From positions 25,854,001-25,918,000 of the forward strand of contig CM022665.1 in the NCBI GenBank assembly GCA_012295275.1: DNA of 64,000 bases, written 5' to 3'. Under the pieces are notes generated by a model. The model was not told where the DNA came from. It saw nothing but the letters and a program-made list of their open reading frames with translations, and did no database searches. Position 1 is the first letter of the stretch. Every line of letters starts with the position of its first letter. This document shows positions 27,810 to 40,777 of the stretch, one piece after another. Source of the DNA: Chrysomallon squamiferum. Lineage: Eukaryota; Animalia; Mollusca. The translations under genes were made by a program, and so were the position numbers.

Positions 27810-27864
27810 AAATATTTATATAAATGAAAATATTTTAATTCAATCAAAAAACAAAACAAATTAC

Positions 27865-27937
27865 AGCCGACGTAGGGACTCGAACCCTAGACCCTCAGAT
27901 TAAAAGTCTGATGCTCTACCGACTGAGCTACGAAGGC
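27865..27937 (-). tRNA. trnK: tRNA-Lys(UUU), copy 1, inside intron 1 of the TM-PDZ gene
   Basis: GCCTTCGTAGCTCAGTCGGTAGAGCATCAGACTTTTAATCTGAGGGTCTAGGGTTCGAGTCCCTACGTCGGCT. Cloverleaf with anticodon TTT, intact A and B boxes, downstream T runs. Confidence 0.92.
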
Positions 27938-28862
27938 TGATAGCAAAATATTCCAAATGAAGAAACGAGTCGCTGTTTCAACCATAATAGTGATAACAAA
28001 ATGGCTTTTTAAAAGTGATATATAATTATACAGCTTGAAATTAGAATAGTTGTTCTTTATTAAATAACAGAATAATACTTTTATTTCAGTAAACATGAAT
28101 TAAATTCCACGCAGTTCAAATGAAATATGAATAATTCACAATCATGTTCTTTTTGTCATACAGATCTAGGTTATTAACGGTCGTTGGTGTTTAAAACAAC
28201 AGACCAAAGCTCATTTTATATTGATCTAAGCACAAAGAGGTAAACACGTATATTGATGTTCTGATAATCATAAAATATACATGTACGTAGGATAAACTAT
28301 TCGAAGCAGATGTTACACAAGCAACAGATGTTAAAGCAATGAATTTGCATCTGAAACATAGACATAATAATTACGTTCGAGCGAACAGTCGCAAAAACAA
28401 TAATTAATCTATATCAAAAAATGCTGTTTGGTATATAAACTGTGCCAGTGTGCCATTGACATGTTGTTAAATGTCCATTAATCCATATGTTAGAGCGTGG
28501 TATGTGTAAATTAATAATAAAACGCAGAATGTTTTTTTTTTTTTTTTTCAGTTCTGGCATCTACAAACGAAGTGTGAGTTTAACGGTTTTACATATTAAT
28601 GAAATGCCGCTTTGTGTTGTAAGATACATTCCAGTAAACAGGAGCAAGCACCTCCGTGTTTTTATACAGTTGGTTGTTAGTAAGCTATTTGTTATTATGT
28701 TTTCGAAACATTTGTATAGATTTTCTCAATCTGGCTATTTTTCGATCAATGGTAAATTAAATCACGTAGCAGCCGTGGAATTCTAGTATATATTGTTTAT
28801 AAAGTAAATAAGGCCGGTTAAATTTATATGCATGTTTCTGCTTTTTAAAATTTTGCCAAGGA

Positions 28863-28867
<5 letters not shown>

Positions 28868-28930
<63 letters not shown>
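28868..28930. repeat. (TC)n microsatellite
   Basis: Perfect run. Confidence 0.95.
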
Positions 28931-28934
<4 letters not shown>

Positions 28935-30119
28935 GATTCTCTAACTCATAGACATAATGTGAAATAAATAATTAATTTAAATACCATCTGTTGTGTAATG
29001 TAGCATGCCTCAAGCATTATATTATTATTGTTTTGTTTTGTGGGGTAAAAAAAAAAATAAAAATAAAAATAAAATTTAAAAACCATACTATTAAAATATT
29101 ATCAGTGAATCTTTCTCCTGCATTCCCAGAAATGACTGTATATCTTTTTTTTTTTTTTTTTTTTGTTGTTGTTTTTTTTTTTTTTTTTTTTTTTTTATTA
29201 ATATCTGCAACTATAAATAGGAAACATAGCTTATAGCAATACTTATTTTAATGCTATACCCCCCTGTGGGATAAAGCTTCGAAATACAAATTATTTCTAG
29301 ATAGTGATAAGATTCATTAGCGATGGCAGTTCATTCTGAAATGCCTTAGCACTCTCAGACATAACACAGATACACATACACACACGCGCGCTCGCGCACA
29401 CACACACACACACACACTCAATATCAGTATAAGTTCAAAGAAAAAAATCAAATTTATATGCGTATAAATAGAAAAAATTAGAAATTGTCGCGTAATAAAT
29501 TATATACTACTATTTTATTTTATGCTTTGTATTAATAAAAATTATAAACAACAGTAAAACAAATGTTTTGATATGTGTATTCTTGTCTTAGTAATTTTAA
29601 AATCAAAATGACATAATCATGTTTAAAAAGATGAATAAGCAGTTGCTAAATAAAACAATATAACAAGTTTAAATGATTTTTTTTTTTTTTTTTTTATAAT
29701 CTTACCGAACATAAGATGCAATTAGGAATTTTCTAATTAATGTAGTCATTATTATTATTATTATTATTTGATTTATTATTGTTTTTTTTAAAAGTGTGTA
29801 CTGTACTTAAATCTCCTTGATTACATTCAGTGTTGAATTCAGTACACTAATATTTGTTAAAGAAATAACGTCAGCATGACTTAATGTTTAAATAAGTATG
29901 ATGGATTTATAACTGTCAGCATAATTTAATGGAATTTTAAATCTATAAAAAACACAAAATTATTTAATACATTACGTAAGCATTCCACACCCACATCCAT
30001 TTCCATATTACATACACCACGCATTGGCCTATCTGTGTATACCTCACTCGTTATTTCTCTCCCGTACTGTACATAAAATATACACACAGAGATAAACACC
30101 TTAGCCTGTATTGATTGCC

Positions 30120-30163
<44 letters not shown>

Positions 30164-31862
30164 GTACACACGTTTGTTCGTGACCCTTCCCCTTTTCTCA
30201 AATTCACTTTCAACCCACTCTTTACTTCTTTCGCTCATCATTTTTTTCTCTCTGTCTCTCTCACTTCATACAAACACATACACAGACAAAGGTAGCTGGG
30301 TTGTTTTTTTTGTTGTTTTTTTTTTTTTTTGTCATTTCCCCAGCTCTCAGCTAGCGATGAGTCATATTTCCAGTGGTAGTAAGATTCCATAACATGTTAT
30401 AAAGGGATAAAAGGAAAGCTCGAACTCGTTAGACAGGTATGTGACAAGACGATGTTGTATAGAGAAAAACCACAGACGTCCTCTTCTCAGCGTTAACCTG
30501 GTATGTGTGTAATCCAAGTTACTACATTCTGTTTGCCGTTTAAAGTTTTTTTTTTTTTTTTTTTTTTTTTTTTCTCTTTTGTTGCTTAGGGCGTTATGTT
30601 TATTTTTCTTGTTTTATTCTACATGTAAAAAAAAATATTTAAAAGACTTGGTTAAGCAATAAAGACTGTGATATTTGTAGGAAATATTAATGGCTGCATT
30701 ATTTCTAAATGTGTCTGGTTTATTTGATGTTGTTGTTGTTTCATAATTCGTTTTATTGTCAAGATTCAACTCTAGGAACGAAGGCTCATTTTGAAATCGT
30801 TATATAAAAAAAAAAAAAAACACACGCATTAATGGAGTGAGAAAGAAAGGGAGAGAGAAAAAGAAAAATGGCTAAAAGAGACAAAAGCAATGAAAAAAAA
30901 AATGAAAGCATATATTTATCTATGCATTTTTGATGCATATAGTTAAATAAGGTCTGCATTCATCAAACGTACACAAAACAAACGTTCATGCAATAAAGAC
31001 ATAACACAGCACACACGGACATACGTACGCGCTCACAGAATCATACACCCGTTTTAAGGACCGACAAAGAGCAAACGTACGACAGGCGATGCTACTTACC
31101 ATGCGCGTACACGAATTAATGACAGCAAGTTATATATGAAGAAAATTTATGTTTCACATTTCTCTGGTCAGCAGTGAATTATAGCCTTCAGTCCTGTCAT
31201 GTTTGATACCTGAACTTTCACTCTCATCTGACAGTGACAAACGTACTTATTAAAGTCATAGTGTCTGTGTGTATGTTAGTGTGTCATTAACATATTTAAC
31301 ATTGTAGCAGCACGTTGGATTAATGACGTAATTATTGCAGTAAAAGATTGCAGTGTCCTTATAATACTGGTATTCTGGTAGAAAGTTTACAGTTGATTAT
31401 ACGAATACAGATAAATACGTAAGCAAGCGCGGACACATATACACGTACTTTCATACATACATACATACATACATACATACATACATACATACATACACAC
31501 ACACATACATACATACATACATACGCATAATGATGATACAATGATACAATTTTTGGAAATTTGACATATATTGTTAGCACGTAGTTGAAATGATTTCCAC
31601 GTAGTACAACTGTCCTCATCTTCCACGTGTTGATGAGGAGGACTGCCACTTTCTTCTCGCGTAAAAGGTGAAATGAAGTTTACTTTTCTTTTGTTCGCCT
31701 TACTCTGTCAGCTTGAGGAAGAATATTTGTTAATATCATGTTTACACTGGAAACCACAAAGTAAACTGGAAGGTGAAAGACAGCAAAGTATGCATTGTCC
31801 CTGTTTTTCTCAGTGAAGTAAGTAAGTAATGAAATTTGATTCGGCAGAGAAAAATGCGAGAA

Positions 31863-31865
<3 letters not shown>

Positions 31866-31928
<63 letters not shown>
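31866..31928. repeat. (GA)n microsatellite
   Basis: Perfect run. Confidence 0.95.
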
Positions 31929-31933
<5 letters not shown>

Positions 31934-33493
31934 AAGTGAACGAAGCGGAGAGAACGAAAGAGAGTAACAAAATGTGAGGGAGCTATAAATTTGATGATGA
32001 CGTATTCTAGAAACGTTTAATATCCAAAGACCTGGAGAAAGACAGAGATATCTGGCAGCTAAAGTGACAGTATGAAAGAGGCAGAGAGTATGTGAGAAAC
32101 TCGGAAAGACAGAGAGAAAAAAACCACTGTACAAATACGGTGATAAAGTTTTGTAGAAAAATTTAATATCCGCTTGTTAAAATAAAGTTTAAATTCTGAA
32201 AGTACGTGATTTAGCCAAGAAAACTGCACCACTCTTGTCCATAACACGATTCTGCTGGTATTCATTGTTTTACTTGAAAATTAAATCACGGCTTGAAAAA
32301 TAAATGCACCTGTTACAGCACTGAACAGAATCAATGCATTAGGATGTTATATTTTAGCAGTTTGAAATGTTTTAACCAATATGTATGTGTTTGCATGTGT
32401 AAATTAGAGCAGTAAAAAAAAAAAAAAAAAAAAAATCGTTTTTAAATCCTCCACACCGGAAAACATTCAGTGACGATAAATACTCGTTGTTTCGCTATTA
32501 ATGAAAGTCTAACTCAGTTTTCATTGCATTCTTCATATTTCCACGCTACATTATATCTATTTTTGGTTGTTTATTGTACCTGAGTATTAGAGAGTCTGAC
32601 GACAAGCGTACGTGATTTTAAGTCGGGAATGATTAATGTTAGCACCGGTTTCTGGGTTTTCTTAAGCACACTTTATTGTAGAGACCGCAAAAAAATGCAA
32701 CAGCTTGGCAAATTCTACTGATTTAGTAGAAAAATAGCGAGGAGGAAAGGAAAGAAAAAAAATAATAAGTTACTGTTATGAATAACAACGAAATCCACTC
32801 AGTTACCGCTAATATACCATAAATTAAATCAAATAATTAGTCTTACATTGAAATAAAGAGGATTTATCGTAGTTGAGACATTGCATATCAATTAATAAAT
32901 TCATCATTTTTTATAAAATTATTTTTTATTTTTTATTTTGACATATAAGAAATTATTTAACATACCCTGTAATTCCATACATTACAACAATTATTCAACG
33001 CTTCAAAACTTGTTTCAAAACCTTTTCACACATTATAGTAAAAAGTGCATTTACCTTCAGATCTATGTTTTTACAAACAGACAAATATTGTGTAAGAACT
33101 AAAAAGATTCTTATGTTCTCTTTTATGTTAAAGGTTAAAAGTGTGACCCACATACCTCAAATGACAGGAAACATAGGTGATACGTACAGGCAATATTACA
33201 CATACTAATAATAAACGTCCATTATTCGTCGGCTGTCAGTGTCATGTAAAATATATTGTATAAAACACAAATGCTTATATGTATATTAGAGATATAAAAA
33301 AAAAAAGTAATACAAGCCAGGCCTTGTTGCTTGATAATGTGATGCATTGTAGCGTCTTTCTCAAATTTCTCGTTTTTCTTCGTACAGTTTGTGTTTCTGT
33401 GTGTGTTGTGCTTGTGAGTGTGTGTGTGTATCGTGTGTAAGTGTGAATAAAAAAAATATATATATGTAAATATGTGTGAGTATATGTTTATCA

Positions 33494-33496
<3 letters not shown>

Positions 33497-33567
<71 letters not shown>
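33497..33567. repeat. (GA)n microsatellite
   Basis: Perfect run. Confidence 0.95.
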
Positions 33568-33573
<6 letters not shown>

Positions 33574-33916
33574 ATAACGAAATAACATCTTCAGTATTAA
33601 AAGAAAAATTGCTCTTTATATTTCCTAAATAATAATTTAAAAAATTATGTTGCTTTCACATATATTATTTTATAAATTGTAATCTTTAATGTATCATCAT
33701 TGTAAGAGACTAGTTCTAGTGTACTCTTATCCGATGTGGTAAAATTAAATTAGCATTTCAAATGAGCTACTCAGGTTTCGTTCCAGTGGTTACGAAAGCA
33801 GGATTATGGTTTTAAAATGTGGACAAGAAACTATAAACACGAATCCAGAGTGCAAAGGCCAATGTGAAATTAATATTCAGTCTCTCATAACAGTGTAAGA
33901 CATTTCCTTTATCCTG

Positions 33917-34007
33917 AAGGAAGGAACATTTTATTGGCACGTATTTTAATCCATGGTTATATGGTGCAATATATAGTTATGGATCACAGAGATAACAAGA
34001 GAAAACG
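33917..34007 (-). mobile_element. Possible degraded 3' tail of a gastropod SINE
   Basis: AAGGAAGGAACATTTTATT...GGTTATATGG...ATGGATCACAGAGATAACAAGAGAAAAC resembles, from memory, the reverse complement of gastropod SINE tails. Not verified. Confidence 0.3.
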
Positions 34008-34275
34008 TCTTTATATAGTTTATTAAAAAATGTTTCGTATTTATAATGGAAGATTTTTATTATAATGTTTATGCTTATGACATCATACCTCTGGTTAAGA
34101 ACCATACAAGTAATGAAAGAGAAAATCAAGGTAAAATTTAGATGTTTTTTGTTTTATCATTCATTCTGAATAATACTGGATAATCTTACATATCATCACA
34201 CCTATGGTTGGAAATCATTTTTTATTGACCAGAAAATATAGTTTTGCAAATACAGCATATATGTGTGTCTTATGT

Positions 34276-34281
<6 letters not shown>

Positions 34282-34342
<61 letters not shown>

Positions 34343-34348
34343 CGTGTG
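34282..34348. repeat. (TG)n microsatellite
   Basis: Near-perfect run. Confidence 0.95.
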
Positions 34349-35095
34349 CTGGAAAATAGAGATTCCGACAGAATATGATTTTTATGTGGTTTATTATGAA
34401 TGTTTGTTATGGATGTTTTGTATTCAGACTAAGTGAGAGTTTAATCAAATGTATCTGTTTCTCAGAGATGTATGGTTTATGTCAAACGTCAAGGATGTGA
34501 AAAAAAAAAGAGACAAGTGAGACATTCTGCAGCCAGCATCTTGTTTTTTTTTTGTTGACAACAAGGAAGCGAATCAGTTTGAGGAAACCACACTGCACAG
34601 TGAAATGTCAAGAGTTGAGATATTGTTATGTTTTACTATATTCATCACGTGCAAATTTCCATTTTTATAGTTTCATTACAGCCATACATTCTATATACAT
34701 GATGGTAGCTACATTCTGAATATACGTCCAGCTCTATAAATCATTTATGTTTCAAAAATACTCTTATGTTTGCATTATTTTATATTTTATATCAAGCACC
34801 AGGGTTATTCAGGCAGACGTAGGATGTGTTAATGGTTTGCAAAACTGACAACATTCCACGAAATGTCTGACCTGGCTAGAGTTGACACCAATCACCTTTC
34901 AGGCAGCCATCCTTTGATGTGTTACCTGGTCGCACTCGCAGGTGGAAAAGGAAAACAGACATTATCACGAAGAATGCGGACCGAATTTCAACTCTGACCC
35001 ACTTCAAATAAAAACCTTCTACCTATTTTTGAAGCACGGTTAGAAATTCGTTTTCCAGCTAAAGCGTTGACTTTATAAAACACTAGTGGACGTTG

Positions 35096-35280
35096 TTAGA
35101 ATATGTATTGTCAGCGTGGTTGACTTACTAAAATACGTATCGTCAGATTGGATGACATATTATTAAAATATGTATTGTCAGAGCAGTTGACATTTTAAAA
35201 TATTTACTGTCAGAGTGGTCGACATTAAAGTATGTATCGTCAGAGTATTGACCTTATTAAAATATGAAATGTTAGAATAT
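35096..35280. repeat. Degenerate minisatellite, unit about 30-35 bp, about 6 copies
   Basis: Recurrent AAAATATGTATTGTCAGAGTGGTTGAC-like unit. Confidence 0.8.
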
Positions 35281-37619
35281 TTTACGTACAGTGGTAGTAA
35301 TAGTGATGATAATGATGCTGTTGATGATATAATGATGATGATAATCATCTAAACGCAGCTTCAAAACATGTTAAACTTTGATTATTACTTTGGGTTAATG
35401 TAAAACGGTGGTCAACAAAAGAAAAGTAAAATCCAATTTATTTTAAATTATTAATACGTTCAGCATTCACGTAGCAACATCTTGTATCTTTTTGATTTAA
35501 AAATGAAATCAAAGGAAAATTAAAAGGCGTATAAAACCCTAATATGTTCGTTGCATGCAGAAGATGAAACAATGCTTGTTAGAAAATTCCTTTTATTTTT
35601 AAAAAAAACACCAAACAACATCAAAACAAAGCACACCATAGATATAAGCTCTATAATGTATTCGACAGCATATTAATCTATAGTGCGTGTGGGTGAGTTT
35701 TAGCATGTTTTAATCAGAAAACTGTGGAAGCATGCTTCTTGTGGGCAAAACATTTGACTTAAGCAGTAGGTTCTGTTCAAGACAAGCTGAAAACTGAGAT
35801 GGGATTAACCGTCTTTATATCCAGGGCACAATATGGCAGAGATCGTGAAGGGAAAAAATATACGGTACACGAAGAGCTAATTATATATTAATGAAACGCC
35901 AGCTACACATGGTCGTGATAGATACATTCTCCTTTTATTACCACAAGCAAAATGATGTGTAAACAAACGCTCTTAGTAAGCAATATTCGTGTTTTAAAGT
36001 GTACGTAGTTAGCCTACATGGGATAAGTATTAAAAAGTGGACAGTTTTAAAAACACTGGAAGTTTGAATGCTGTTGCGTGATTAAGAACAGGATTTTTTT
36101 TTAATTCTGAGTCCCAAGAGTCAAGATTCAAACCTAATAAAGAAAAGCTTGAATCAATAATTGACCAAATTTGATTGTACTTGGCTGACTGCTTCAAGTA
36201 TTGACTACATACCAGTACTTTAAGCAAAAACAAACTGTAATTAAGTTTTCTCTGTTAATTGCTAATCTTTATAACACGCCATTTCTAATTTGCCTTTATA
36301 TATCCATTTTTATGTTTTAGATTTTAATCATGATGATCGTCATCGTAAGTTGACTGTAGTTCTGTCTTAGAACTGATGAGCAGTAGGATAAAGTCCAATT
36401 AGTTTTCCTAATGGATTATTTTCCGTTTCGTTATTATTATTACTGATGTCGTTGCTGTTGTTGTAGTTGTCGTCGTTGTTATTTTGTTGTTGTTTTCTTT
36501 TCTCTCTCTTATCGCATATTCTCTAAAAAGAATAAAGTAGTAATACGAAAAAAAAAAAAAAAAAAAAACACAAACAAAATCCCAAAACCCCCACCCAGGT
36601 TGGACTGTAGGAATACATAAATCACAACCAATAATTACAAAACAGATTGAATGTAACGAGGAAACATAGCACTCTGGATAATTATTCCACAGCATTTTTC
36701 TACCATGTGGTGCAATGAATAAAACATGACTAGAACTGAATGTTTAATTGTTTGTGAATCACTTGAATTGTAGGTACACCGGAAAACCAGTAAAACTATT
36801 AAACAGAAAGAAGAATTAATGCAAATACGAAGAGTGAACTGCAGTAGTTTTATTTTACCGACAACAGCAGCAGCAGTAGCAGCAACAACAACAATGTAAT
36901 TTAATGGACCACTAAAAAAATTTTAATTTTGATCTTCTTATGAAAATGGATGCATCACGGTTGCGCTCTAAGCTCTCGAAATATTATTTATTTATTTATT
37001 TATTTATTTTTATTTATTTTCATTTCATTCATTCATTCATTCATTCAAGAAGACTTGAACAGTTTTAAACATTATATTCGAACTGCTTTCAGAGCATTCT
37101 AAATTGTTTGGTAAGTAAATATTGTTTTAAATTACAAACAGATGATGTATTAGTCAGAATCCAGAAATCAACGCTTGGTTTACTATTATGGCAAATATTA
37201 AATTTATTTGCGATATGTGCAATAATATTTTCTTAGACATCTAATTTCTTACATATTTCTTTTTAACATATTAAATTACCAGCAATGTTTCTTTTCCTCG
37301 TTAAACCTGACAGGTTTAACAAACGCTATAGGTCAATCATGATGGGTTATTTTCACATGATGACTCATGCGCATTATCATGTCCATCTTCTGTCGACATT
37401 GTGAGTGTGTAGTGGTGTCGTAATCTTTAGCAATGTAAAGTAATTCAGCACGATACTCCATTTATATCAACATGTCTTTCAACCCGTTAATCAACAAGTA
37501 GCATCGAGCACGTCAACCTGTTCATAACTTATGGATAGATTCACACGATGATAACAATCCGGCATATGACGCAACGAGTTTATTCCAGATTATATCAAAG
37601 AAGAAAAACGCTGGATTTT

Positions 37620-37880
37620 GTTGCTCGAGCGGTTAGAGATTTAGTCTAATGGCGTGATTCCTCTAAGAGTCACTTCCGAAACCCGGCTCCCTGCGCCCCT
37701 GTGCATTGTTTCTTCTCGGAACAAGCGTCCTGTGACTGGTTGTAAAAGGTCGTGGTACATGATCTTGTGTTTTTGATTTAATGGTTATACAGGGTTTTCA
37801 TCTGAGTATAAAAAATTCCTTGCTGCTAATCGAAAAGAATAAAGAGAGTTGGCTTTTTGTCTTACGTCAATAAAAATATA
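37620..37880 (+). mobile_element. Degraded tRNA-headed SINE with a Meta-like central domain
   Basis: A-box-like head TTGCTCGAGCGGTTAGAG, then GACTGGTTGTAAAAGGTCGTGGTA and TATAAAAAATTCCTTGCTGCTAATCGAAAAGA. These resemble the MetaSINE core as recalled from memory. Confidence 0.45.
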
Positions 37881-37898
37881 AACAGACAATGACAATGC

Positions 37899-37929
<31 letters not shown>

Positions 37930-38985
37930 ATTAAAAAAGAGGAAAAAAAGCAAGCAAGCAAACAAACAAAATATTGGTTTTGTTATACTCAGTAACTATT
38001 GACATTAAACCAGGTTTATTTGACATTACTGTACTTTTAGCCATGAAACAAATTTCATCTGTAGTGCAGTGACATATTTATGGCTAATATCAGTGTAATT
38101 TAAACTAAATTAATATCGATACTGATAATGACGACCTATATTTTAAACTGGAAACATGACATCAACGTTTTTGAAATTAAAAAAAGAAGTCGAAGAAGAA
38201 ATAACCTCGTTATATTGTTCATTACACAAACCTCTGGTAATCATATGAAAACATATAACGAACATAATCAACCTAAGAGTTTTTTTTAAAACAAAAGTAG
38301 ACATTTTGATAGCTGGGAAACAAGAGGGATATAATGTTTTACATACTGCCCAGCAGCCATAATCACGCTTTTTACAACATTGATCGAATACGTGAGAAGG
38401 CTTCGTTTGAACTTTTTTAAGTGAGAACGTAGCTTACATATCACTGGACTGAAAAAATAAACACAACAGTTTCCAAGCGTTGGCTGGAACTATTGTTTGT
38501 CCATCTTCACTCTGCGTGTAATGTTCGGTTTCCATGGATACAATTAAAATTGTTTTCAAAAACGTACCTTCGAAAAGATATCCCTTCAAAGGGGCGATGG
38601 TAGATGGGATGCTATAATTGGTCGTGTAGCGTATTGTTAAAGGAATAATGATGGCTAAATTATATGCGTGGGAGAAAATGTATCCTTTTTCACTCAATCG
38701 TTACGGTCTGAAGATTTAATATTAGGAGCATTTCTTGTGAAAAAAAAGTCTTCTGTTTGTGTCCACTGAATGAAGAGGATTTCAAATTACATACAGATGT
38801 GAGAAAAACATTAATGAAAAGTTTCGTACGGCAGAACGAGAATCGTAAAAAACTGAAAAGAATTTAATGCTTTGTTCAGGTTAAGCAATATAAAAATAAA
38901 ATATTTTTTTGAATCCATGAATATCAGGTTAACACATTTCATTACCATAACAGATGTTGAGTTTTGAATGACGGAACATAAAAAT

Positions 38986-39026
<41 letters not shown>

Positions 39027-40741
39027 ATAAAATAAATAAAACAACTTTAAAACAATATCTTTGATTGAATATTAAACATTTCGGATATTCTTTGAAAGAG
39101 CAATTGAAAAACTAAAATGTCTCCAAAACAGCAGCAACAACAACAACACAATCCAGTCACATCATCATTTGATTAATATTTTCGTTTCTAAAGTAAGACA
39201 ACAAATTTCTCTGACTACTTCTTACTAAACATTTGTGGGTTTTTGATTGTTGTTTTTTTAACTTTTAAGTTTACCGAAGAAGGTTCATAAGCTTTAAAAC
39301 TAAATCACTTTAAATCGGGTAAATGAAATAAGAAAAGGCCACCATTACATATAAAAGAAAAACAAAGAATGTTTGAACATAATGTTTAAATAGGAGATAA
39401 AATCCTTCAACGTTTGACCACAATTCAGAAAATATAAATAGAACTACAGGTTTGATTCGAGGTACTTATTAAGTAATAATAATAATAATAATAATAAAAT
39501 TAGAAAAGCTTGGCATGCTGTCTTCAACTTCAGTTGGAATTCATGTCTCGCTTTTATTTATTAATATTTAAAATAAAAAATTAAGCATTAAACTGTCGTT
39601 GTAATCTTAAATTAAATACTTATAAAGTAATGAGAACGAATTCATTCTCTTAGAAAATGCGACTTCTAAGTCTGAAAATCTGAGTCAAATTTCGAAAAGA
39701 TATATGTAGACTCTATCAGTCAAAACAGAGATTTCCATATCCCACGATATTTGATATTTATTTTACATGGATATGCACAACGCATATGTACAGATCTTCC
39801 GACGAACATAACATGTCAAATGAGCCATTTCAAAAGCCTTTGAAATTTGAGACGTATCTTGTACAGATATTGAGATAGTTATAATAATTTTCATGAATTC
39901 GATTAATCAAACTAAGCATTCCTCTATTTCTGGGGATTTAAGACTGTCTTGAATGAATAGAAGCAAGGTATCTGTAGACTTTCTGATTAATGCATTCAGT
40001 CAAACAAGGTATTCCCGTTACGTGGAAATCGGAGACACAACGAAAAAACTAAATCTCCAGACTGTAGATTTTAGATATCTAAATATTATGTTGATATGGA
40101 CAGCATAATAATATGTAAACAAACTGAAAACAAAAATTTAACCATCTACCCGAGAAATTAAATATAAGCTGCAGTTTAGTTATATGTAATAGTTTGTAGA
40201 TATCATGTTCAGAAACAGTCTTTACAATCTTTACACTGTATAGTTTGCTCAAAAAACGAATTCTACTGATGTATTCCGTACATGTTAAGAAAAGATTTGT
40301 TGATAGTCATGTTGTAACAGTTGCTTTGTATTTAGACATACCTTGCATTCTGTCGCTGGGTGAGGAGTATTAAATATTGTATTGTTTCTGTCTGTGTCGA
40401 CAATGCACAAAACATGTCGTGCAGATTGCCTCAGAGCCATTGCACTTTGGTCACATAGACGTGTGATCACTTGAGCGTAATTTTATCAAAGATGTGATAA
40501 TTGTCAAATACCTGGACGGGTCAGGTCTCGGGTCTGGGGAAGAAGTGTGAAAAACAAAGTTTTATGTTACTCGATGTGGATATGGTAAAATACAATCAGA
40601 GCATCGTCTATTGCAAATGACGTCATTTGTTTTTTTCTCCGAAGTTTCCAGGTTATCTGGATGTATAATGACATTTAAATGATATGCGACATTTGGTGTG
40701 GGGTTTTGGTGGGGGTTTTTGTGTGTGTGTGTGTGTGTTTG

Positions 40742-40777
<36 letters not shown>

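Noticed and set aside
31094-31103. ATG|GTAAGT on the minus strand as an alternative first coding exon
   Set aside because: Phase 0 spliced to exon 2 gives ATG CAT TTC TGA, an immediate stop.
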